From Octopus vulgaris (lineage: Eukaryota), in contig OX597820.1 of the NCBI GenBank assembly GCA_951406725.2, forward strand, positions 34,286,001-34,350,000: DNA of 64,000 nt, in the 5' to 3' direction. Below the pieces are notes generated by a model, which was given only the letters and a program-made list of their open reading frames with translations, had not been told where the DNA came from and searched no databases. Positions 53,606 through 64,000 of the stretch are shown here, in pieces (position 1 is the first letter of the stretch; each line of letters begins with the position of its first letter). Both the position numbers and the translations under genes were made by a program.

Positions 53606-55283
53606 GTGTGTGTTACATTCAATTGCAATATATTCTTACGTTCATTTTGCTGGTGTGAGTATATGCATGGTAAATGTCTACAGTTGTACTCAAACATACA
53701 CACAGAGCCATTTTTGTGTATGGATATTGTGTACAAACACATGCATACAATTGTACATGTTCACACATACACACAGACAATTTTTAATGTGTTTACATCA
53801 CGTTTCAGAGGATTTATAATCCAATGCTAATCCCAGCTGTAGATAATCCAGTTTTCAATGACATGTATCATTATCATCATCATCATCACACCACCATCAC
53901 CATAAACACTATCATCATTATGACCATAATCTTTATCATCAATACCACCACCACTACACCACCACCACTACACCACCATCGTCGTCGTCGTCCTAAGATT
54001 AGTATTTAATGGTGATGATGATTTAGTGGAAACAAAAGAGGATTCCTTAACACCACTGCTCCCCATTAGTTTCATTTCAAGGATTAAAAACTTTAGTTAA
54101 GGGGATTTGATTGAGGAAAGCCTCATCTCTTCTTCCTTTTTCTCCTTGTTCCTACTCTCCCCTGCTGACACCCCCACCCCCACCCCATCTCTCAAAATTA
54201 CCTCACTTCCACAAATCCTCCCTGCCCCTTTCTCCACAGTTCTCAGTCTTTCCTCCCTTTTTGTCATTCGATCTGTCCCCCCCACCCCCAACTTTCCTGC
54301 TTCTCTCTCTCCTTTCTCTCTACAATCTCTATTTTTCTGCATCTTCCTCTGCCTCTCTTTATCTCTTTCTCCCTGCTTCCTCTCCTGTTTTTCTCTCTAT
54401 TGTTTATCTCTCTTTCCTCTTACTTAACTCCCTCTCTCTCTCTCTCTCTCTCATTCTCTTTCTCTTCCTACTTCCCCTTGTATTATTTGATGTCAGCCAT
54501 TGCATCACCTAATTGGTGGTGGCATTGAAGAGGGCAAAGTGGCCAGGGTGCAGTGTGGGTTGTGATAATCATGGAGTGTGGGTGCACTCATTATGGTCAG
54601 TGGGTTCGGCAGGATTGATGTGGGGTGCTGGGGTGGATGTGAAGGTGGTTGACCATTGGGTGCAGCAATTAAGGGTGTGGATCCTTGCTATTTATAACAG
54701 TCACTAACACCACCTATTCCTCTATTAATACCACTACCACCACTACCAATGACATTGGCATTGTGGCCATTACTACTACTACCACTATCATCATTATATA
54801 TTATCGATAATATCCTCGCCATCACCACCACCACCATCATCATCATCACTATAGACATTGGTATTACTGCCAGAACTACCACCACCACTCCTATTGATGT
54901 TTGTGTCATCACTGCCACCGTCACTACCATCATTATCACAACATCCACCAATATCATCATCACCATCAGTGTCACTATCATTGCCATCATCACAATCACT
55001 AACACCACCACCACAATTATCATCTTAAGGTTGCTTCCATATAGTCTTTCAATCTGCTAGAGACAGCAGGTATATATGCATGAATGTATCTCTGTGTGCA
55101 TGTGTGTGTGTACATTACTGTATGTGTGTATAACACAGATATGTTTGTGTATGTGCATGTGTGTGTATATATATTATGTATATGCACACACATGCATGTG
55201 TATGCACTTTCTCATGTATGTGTGTGTATGTGAATCCAATTTTTTTCAGGTTGTCCACATATATGTGTGTGTATGCATATATA

Positions 55284-55327
<44 letters not shown>

Positions 55328-55811
55328 CATACATACATACAAACATATATTTAGTGCAGTGTGTGTTGCAGTATGCGTATGAATGTATGTTTGTATATAT
55401 GTGCACTCACACACTCCCAGAACCCTGGCTTTACAACATACAGTCTTAAATATGTGCCATGTTTGTTAATCTGATGTTGTCCAGTTAAGCATAAATCTAC
55501 CATGGTAAGGATTACGATTATATCGCTGTCTGCACTGACCTTGTTTATGAGATAGCCTGTGGAGAAGGACTATGCAAGTTCAAACTGAGATCACAGCTTG
55601 CCGAGATTATCTGCGATTATGTCTGCATGTGTTTAAGAGTGACATAGTTGTGAGAAAGTTTACAGTCGTAAACTGCTGGATCGCCACAACCCTTATCTGA
55701 ATATTTCTACTACCTCTTACTATATGGCAGTATAATATGTTACACTATGTTATTCTGTAATAATTCTACTGAGTTCTGCTGTTCTGCAATTTACTCTATT
55801 TTTCCAATGTA

Positions 55812-56702
55812 TTGAGTCATCCCATAAAAAATACGGGTTTTTTAATTGCTTGAATTAAAAGTCGGAGGGGGACAGGATAAACTACCTGCATCAACTTGCT
55901 ATAAAAGCAGGTAGTAATTTTACCTTGTCCTTATTCTTTGTGCAAGTTTTGAAGAGTGCAGTTTGATGTTAACAGTTATTTTTTTTAGAGCATATTTGGC
56001 ATATTTTGCTTTATGAGTTCAATAAAAGCAACAATAAAAGTGTGTGTAATATTAATGCAGTGTATGGGAACCGGACAATAAGCATAAGCCTGTGTCAACG
56101 GTGGTTCCAGAAATTCTGAGCTTGGAACTACAGCCTAGAAGACAAGCCTCATTCTGGAAGATCTGTAGAGCTCAATTAGGATGTCCTGCAAATCCTCGTA
56201 GAACAAAATCCCATTGTAACTGTCGTGGCCCTAGCAGAGAAGCTTGGATTTGGTTATTCAACCATTCATTGACACCTGCATGCTATCGGAAAATGACCAT
56301 CTTTGGTTTCAAGACGAAAGGTGTTCTTCCATAAGGATAATGCTTGCCCACATACAGCAAGGATGACATTCCAAAGGCTGGAGCAGTTTGAATGGGAAAC
56401 AATGTCCCATCCACCATATTTGCCAGACATTGCCCCATCTGATTATCATTTATTCCACAGTTTTCAAAATCATCAGGATAGAAAAAATATGAATTCTGTT
56501 GACGAGGTCTGAACAGTACTGGAGGAATATTTTTCATCACAGACAAGTGAATTTTGGAGGAGGAGCCTGCAAGTCTACCAGATAGATGGAATATCATTAT
56601 AGAAAATGAAGGAGAGTATATTTTAGATTAAAAAAGAACTTTATCTTAATTTTGAAAAATAAATGAAGTGTAAAAAACTGCATTATTTATGGGATGACCC
56701 AA
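55812..56702 (+). mobile_element. Mariner element, internally deleted, with both TIRs and TA TSD
   Basis: TA|ttgagtcatcccataaaaaatacgg ... ctgcattatttatgggatgacccaa|TA. ORF 56303-56512 contains FFHKDNACPHT...HPPYLPDIAPSDYHLF, the mariner D34D-type motifs. Confidence 0.92.
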
Positions 56703-58392
56703 TATATTTGGATTGAATATTCAGTTGTTTGATTGAAACTAAACTAACAGGCCTGGTTCATTGAATTGGTACATTAGTGGCTGAGTATTCAACAAACATG
56801 TGTACTATTAGCACATTTTGTTACCATATTTCCGTTGAAATATGTTACCTTTGCTTAATTAATTTTGAGAATAATGAAGAATTTATTGAAATAACTTTTC
56901 TCATTATTATTGAACTGAAATTTTGAAGAAAGATTTTTAGATCACTATAAAACATGAAGATTGTCTCATAGAAGCAGGAGAGCTCACAGGCAGGTTGGCA
57001 TAATTCAATTAGTATTTTAGTAGCTTGGTAACCTTTTGTTACCATATTTTTGTTGAAATACACTTTTGGACAGAATATTGGAGTGTCAGGAAAAATGCTC
57101 AGCAGTGTTTCTTCGAACTCTTTATGTTCTGAGTTCAAATGCCACCAAGGTTAACTTTGCCTTTCATCCTTAATAAAATATGTATCATTTGAAGGGGGGG
57201 ATGTGGGGAATGTAATTGACTTCCCTAATAATTATCAGCCTTGTGCTAACATTTAAAACCATTAATTATGGAGAATATCTCACCTATTCAGAAGGACAGG
57301 TGAAACTATTGATAAATTTCTCACCAACAGATTTAGCACTTGAAGTTGAATTATCTAATTATTGCTAATAATTTGTAAATGCAAGGCAGCGAGGTGGCAG
57401 AATTGTTACCATGCTGGAAAAAGTGCTTTGTGGCATTTTATTATGATTTTATGTTCTGTGTTCAAATTCCGCCAAGATCGATTTTTGCCTTTCATCCTTT
57501 TGGGGTTGATAAAATAAGTGCCAGTTAAATGCTGGAGTTGATGTAATAATTGATTTACTCCCTCCCCTGAAATTGCTGGCCTGGTGCCAAAATTTGAAGC
57601 CAATCTTATAAGGCAGTAAACTGGCAGAAATGTCAGGGGCAGGGTCAGTAAAATAAGTAGCAGCTGGGCACTGTTGTTGATTTAATAGATTTACTCCTTC
57701 CTCCAAATTGCTGACCTTGTGCCAAAATTTGAAATCAAGAATTCATAAATGTGATAGCACAAGGCAAATGTAAGAAAGGTACTATATTTGGAGGGTCATC
57801 AAAGAATGTCTTCCAAAATTTGCTTTGATTTTCTGTTTTCTGACTCAACTCTGCCTTTTATCTTTTTGGAGGTCAGTGGTAAAAGGCACCAATCTCAGGT
57901 GACAGATATTGGTGGAACTGTTTAGAGAGCTGGGAGAGATGCCTTGAAGTATCTGTTTTGGATTTTGTATTCTAATAGCAATGTACCAATCCCAAAATCA
58001 CAGACTTTCTTTTGGTGAAACATCAGTGGCATGGAGAGGGGTCAAAGACTTGTATGCTTGGGTAACTAGCAATCTTCCTTAAAAAAAAAAAAAAAAAAAA
58101 AACTGGTCCAAGTTCACACATCTACAGATGCATGGCCAACATTGACCACCAGCAGCCATATTAATGTAGTAGTAGCAGTAGTAGTGTAAGCCACTTGTCA
58201 GAACTCTTCTAGATGGAGGAGCACCTTGAAGTGTTTGATAAAACATATGGACCCTGGTACTTATTTTTTTAAAGATTCAGTACTTACTCCATCAGTTTCT
58301 TTTGCTGAACCACAAAGTTATGAGGATGTAAACAAAGTGATACCAGCTGTCAACAGTGGTAGGACACACACATGACAAACTTCTTTCAGTTT

Positions 58393-58624
58393 CTTAATTC
58401 TTTATTGCCCACAAGGGGCTAAACACAGAGAGGACAAACAAGGACAGACAAAGGGATTAAGTCGCTTACATCAACGCCAGTGCGTAACTGGTACTTAATT
58501 TATTGACCCTGAAAGGATGAAAGGCAAAGTCGACCTTGACGGAATTTGAACTCAGAACGTAACGGCAGACGAAATACCGCTAAGCATTTTGCCCAGCATG
58601 CTAACGTTTCTGCCAGCTCGCCAC
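58393..58624 (-). mobile_element. SINE family A inserted in a family B SINE
   Basis: 13-bp TSD cttctttcagttt at 58380-58392 and 58625-58637. Confidence 0.9.
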
Positions 58625-59089
58625 CTTCTTTCAGTTTTTGTCCACCAAATCCACTTACAAAGTTTTAGTTGGCCTGGGGCTAAAGTAGAAAATGCTTGTT
58701 AAGTGTGCTGTAGAGTAGGACTGAATCCAAGTCCATACAGCCATGCCTGCACCTATGAGATGGTACTATTTCACAGTAAAAGTAGAGGCGTGGTGTTGTA
58801 TGACGTCCAAGATTGAGGTATGGTACTATTTGACAGTAAAAGTAGACGTGTTATTCTATAGCTGTGAGAATACAGGTGCGATGCTATATAATGGTGAAAC
58901 ACACACAGAGAATTCTGGTGAGGAAAAGCTATAATAAAACCATGACATTATACAAGGAGAGAAACATAAGACAGTGATTGCAGGTGTTGTGTGAGGACAG
59001 TGATATCGGGTGAAACAGAAGGCAGAGATGTGTGATTAACATTTTATGCGTTAATAAAATCTTTGCAGTGAATGCAGAAGGCTTGAATT

Positions 59090-59185
59090 GACTAAAGATG
59101 AAAGAATGGCAAACGTGTTATGTGTGTATAAGAAGCGTATTGTTACACTGTCTAACTGTGAAATATGGGCAGTAAAAGCGTTGCT
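59090..59185 (+). pseudogene. Decayed LINE (RTE-like) ORF fragment
   Basis: Translates across a frameshift to CIRSVLLH...CEIWAVK, resembling the recalled post-RT motif CVRSVLLYGxETW. Confidence 0.45.
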
Positions 59186-60305
59186 GGTGGATGATTAAGT
59201 GTGTAAGCACACACTATTCATACCAATTTCAAAGACATCTACAGCACTTTAGCAGTTCTGTAATTCAGTCCATATTTTTCTGGTGCTATGTTCTCAATTT
59301 ACAAGACTGTTCAAGATGCAAGTATAGCTGAGTGGTTAAGAAGCTTGCACCCCCAACTGCACAGTTCCGGGTTCAGACCTATTATATAGTACCTTCCCGC
59401 CAACCAAAACCTTGTGAGTAGATTTGCTAGACAGAAACTGAAAGAAGCCCATTGTGTTTGTGTGTGTGTGTATGGTGCCATTATGTTGTTGTAAATGAGC
59501 ATCACTATCATACAAGCAGTGTTGTTTGTTTCCAGTCTTCCATGAAAACATGTCTAGCCATGGAAGCAGGTAAGGGTTGGTGACAGGAAGGGCACCCAGT
59601 CTTAGAAAGTCTGCCTCAACAAAATTATGTTTGACCTATGCATGTATGGAAGATCAAGATGAACATCAAAATAGTAGCAGTGGTGGTGGTGGTAGTGAAA
59701 GCATTATTGTTGTAGCTCTTAATTAAATTTAACTCTTCTCTGCTAATTTTTTTTCATTGTTTTACTTGCTGAATCTGGAGCAAGGGCAGTGCGCAAGACC
59801 TTTGCCGGCCCTTTGAGATCAGTGACTTTGATGGTATTGATGTTCCACTTAAACTGTTACAGGTCAACACCTGCCTGGAGAAGATCCCAGGTGGACATTG
59901 ATGGTGTGTGAAGAAAGGATGTGGCATTGGGGGTTGATGGATGCAGCAAGGGTTACGTTTAAGTTACCTTCTGGAGTCATACTGACTCATAAGGGCCAGT
60001 TTCCTGGTTTTCATGGCATATATATTTCCCACCAGGATGGGATGCCAGTCCATTGCAGGATTACTCATTTATGTCAGTTGAGTGAACTGGAGCAGTGTGA
60101 AGTGAAGTATTTTGCCCAAGAACACAATGTGTCACCTGGTCCAGGAATCAAAACCACAATCTTACAATCATGAGCCTAACACCCTAGCCACTAAGCCACG
60201 CATCTCTGCATGCAGCAAGGGTGATGATATATGGAGAGACAAGTAGGACTGAGGTGTCTGAATGATGGAGGTGTAGGATCAACCAGCTCTGAGGAACAGA
60301 GGCCA

Positions 60306-61303
60306 TTAACCTTTTAGTATTTAACCCAGCCATATCTGGCCTAGATATTCTACTTGTTTAACCCTTTAGCATTCAGATTACTCTGTCAAATGTAATATGA
60401 TTATTCACATCATTTTGAATTAATCATACAGTATCTCATAACTTTGAGATTTCAATGACGTGACTTTTGATTTTTAGAATGACTTTATAGGGTAGGCGTG
60501 AGAGGCTGGATCTGGCCAGTTTGAGCATAAAACAAGCAGAATATTTTACTGGGTATGGCCAGTTTAAAATGTTGAAGGATTAATGCTCAAACAGGCCAAA
60601 TCTGGTCTCTTACACCTACTCTACAATGTCATACTAGAAGTAAACAATCACATCATTAAAATCTCAACACTACAAGATAATGCTTGATTAATTCCAAGAG
60701 AATGTTAATAGTGGAGGCGCGTGGCTTAGTGGTTAAGGTGTTGGACTAATGATCATAAGATTGTGGTTTCGATTTCTGGACTAGGCGATGCATTGTGTTC
60801 TTGAGCAAAACACTTCGCTTCACATTGCTCCAGTTCACTCAGCTATAGAAATGAGTACCATGAGTGGAGGTATGTCACTTAATGGATAGGGGGTTGGGTT
60901 CACAACTGTAAGATTGTGGTTTTGGTCCTTTGACTGAGCAATCCATTGTATTCTTGAGCAAAACACATCATTTCATGTTGCTCCAGTTCACTCAGCTGTA
61001 GAACAGAGTACCACTAGTATAGGTGCATTGCTTAGTCGTTAAGGTGTTGGATTCACAACTGTAAGATTATGGTTTCGATCCCTAGACCAGGTGATCTGTT
61101 GTGTTCTTGGGCAAAGCACTTCATTTCATGTTGCTCCAGTCCACTTAGCTATAGAAATGAGTTAATCCTGGAGAGGGATAGGCTCTGCCAGGCTTTCTTG
61201 CCCTGGATACGCTGCATGACTGCAGTGACCCAACAACCCCCAAGGGGTTAAGGGACTTGTCAATTGTCATAATTTAATAGAATAATCTGAATGGTAAAGG
61301 GTT
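60306..61303. mobile_element. Nested family D TTAA MITEs plus a tandem trimer of family E SINE heads (60711-61165)
   Basis: ttaacc(c/t)ttag starts at about 60306 and 60358, with an aaagggtta end at about 61303. Three ttagtggttaaggtgttgga...ttgagcaaaacac...gctccagttcactcagct units lie inside. Confidence 0.75.
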
Positions 61304-62235
61304 AGAGTAGTGATAGAAAAGACATAGGACAGCATATTAGTGGACCAGAGGCTAGAGTATGCCCATTCATGATTGAAAGGCATCCATTTGTGTGGCCTGA
61401 CTGGGTACAGTCCAGAAAGTGTCTCTAATGAAATACAAATGCCTGTATGTTTAATTAATTTTCACACTAATCAATAAATTTCTCTTTTGGTGTATGTGTG
61501 TGAGTGGCAGGGTGGGATTTTTGTAAAATAATTAATAACTTTGTCATTATTTAATTTAGTGTTTGGAATATATTTACATAAAAATTATGATTGAGTGTTT
61601 TAATTTAATTCAAATATGAATGCTTAAAATAAAAACAAACAAGATTTTTATGTGATAGCACCAAGGGTAGTCGAAGTTTGGTTGACACCGATAATGTTAC
61701 AAGTGTCATCATCATCACCTTCATTTGACATCTGTTTTCCATGCTGGCATGGGTTGTATGTGGTTGACAAAATTTGTATGTATGTGTGTGTGTGTGTGTG
61801 TGGTTTATGCAAAACATTAGGGGTGGGTGGATGAGTGCTGAAAACAGAACAAATGTAGATTGTTTGCTTCCCACCAAGTTACATGGTTCCAGATTCTGTC
61901 CCTGTCTATGGAATCTTGGGCAAGATTTTTGTTGTAATTCCAGGCCAACAAAAACCTTGGGAATGGTTTTGGTTGATGGAAACTGAAAGAAGCACATTGC
62001 GTGTGTGTGTGTGTGTGTCTTGACATCACGTGATAGTTGTAAATAATGTCACTTTCATACAAGTAGTATCCTTAATTTTCAATATTCTGCGAAAAAATGT
62101 CTAGCTTTGGGGTAATATTACCTTGCTTAGAAACGAGGTGTGGGTTGGTTACTGGAAGGGCATCTTGCTGTAGTAGTTAATCTGCCTTAACAAATTTCAT
62201 CCAACCCGTGTAAGCATGGAAAAGTGGATGTTATT

Positions 62236-62266
<31 letters not shown>

Positions 62267-64000
62267 TGATGACGACAACGATGACGTATTAGTCGTACAT
62301 GTTTACACATGTATAAGTTAACATCTACATGTTTTTAGTTGATTCCATTTCCATGGTAACAGTGTCGATGTCTCCCATAAACAAAACGTCTGGCAACTAT
62401 TTGATATGTTAAGACATGAAATAAAGTTCCCTTATCTTTTATCTTTTACTTCTTTCAGGCATTAGACTGTGGCCATGAAGAATTTTTAGTTGAATAAATC
62501 AACCCGAGTACAGTTTTTTTTTTTAAAGCCTGTGACTTATTCTATTTGTGTCTTTGGTTGAATCGTTAAGTTATGGAAACATAAAGACACCAACACTGAT
62601 TGTCAAGTGGTGGTGGGACACACAGACACAATAGGCTTCTTTCAGTTTCAGTCTCCCAAATTTAGTCACATGGCTTTGGTTGACTCGAGGCTATAATAGA
62701 AAACACTTCCCCAAGGTGCCATGCAGTGGGACTGAACCCTGAATCATGTGGTTAGGATGCAAGTTTCTTACCACACAGATTTAGTTGGAAAAAAATTTTT
62801 TAAAATAACAAGTGAGGGTTGGCATCAGGGAGAGCATCCATCTGTTGAATACTGTTTCAAAATGTCTCAGCCAACCCTTGCTAGCATAGGGGTGGGTGGA
62901 TAGGAAATGACATCGCTGATGATGATGAGGAGGAGAAGGAGGAGGAGGTGGATGATAATGGTGATATGTTGGTGGTGGTTATGGTGACAATGGTGATGAT
63001 GATAATGGCAATGATAATTATGATGATGATGATGATTATTAAGAGAATGATAATGATGCTGATGGTGATGAAGGCAGCAATGATAAACAGTGTATGAACA
63101 AATATATTAATAATTCTCATTAATATCCTTTCCTGCAGACATTATCCAGTATCGTATCTCTGTAGTGATATCATCAACAAACTTAAGCCTTCTCCCATTA
63201 TAAATTTATGCTGTGGCTTTGAGAGAGGCCTCTAAGTGGTCAGTGGACATGCTAGACAAGATAGACAAACTTCCCTCAAAAATCGCACAGTGCCATCTTA
63301 AACATGCAGCACTGATTAACAATGTTATCCTAGATGGATTGCCATGGTTGGAAAAACCTTTGAATATAAGTTTGCTTGATTATATCAGACTTTGGGCTAA
63401 ACAACATCAGTGTATGTATGTATGTATATACACATATTTGTGTGTGCTTATGGGTGTCTGTATATACATATATGTATATATATGTTTGAGTGTATATGTA
63501 TATATATTTGTGTGTATGTTTATGTGTGTGTATATATATATATATATATTTGATTGTATGTGTGTGCTCCACTTCTGTATGTGTAATGTGTTAGTACTTT
63601 TTTTTATTTATCTATGGTGAATTTAATCATGTGTGTATGTTTATATGCGTGTATATGTATGTGCATGTGACTACATGCATATATGTGTGTTTATATCTGC
63701 ATTTGTATCAATGCAAATGCACACACATGCATATATATACATACACATGCATGCACATGCACACACACACTTGAATACATGCCTGTTTTTGCATGTGTGT
63801 ATATGAAGCATATATATGTATATATATGTGTGTGTGTATTGTGTCCTTATGTATGTAGCTGCTAATTAGTTGTGATTAATGCGGTATTAATAATTTCCAC
63901 TTAACATTCCCTTCTCCCATGAGATATCCCATGCTGTATCTTATTGAGATAACCCCATTATCACATACCAATCCATTTCTGAACAGGACTCCCTCCTCCC

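Overview
Repeat-dense, AT-rich animal genomic DNA. The microsatellite load and SINE families suggest a coleoid cephalopod such as Octopus (inferred from recalled repeat sequences, not checked). Only one credible protein-coding gene is present: an uninterrupted 547-aa seven-transmembrane receptor-like ORF on the minus strand (16721-18364). It has class-A-like architecture but lacks the canonical activation motifs, and carries a ~210-aa third intracellular loop rich in basophilic kinase sites. The rest is tRNA-derived SINEs, non-LTR tail repeats, mariner relics, TTAA and 8-bp-TSD MITEs, decayed retroelement fragments and simple repeats; nearly all other ORFs are artefacts. The most striking unexplained signal is a set of minimal hammerhead-ribozyme-like motifs (CUGANGA-stem II-GAAA-CG-UU) in several unrelated repeats. 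These include a ~500-bp foldback of two head-to-head tRNA-headed SINEs, each with a hammerhead (2703-3205), and an intact-looking copy at 37182-37216. Repeat boundaries were read by eye and are approximate unless a TSD is quoted.
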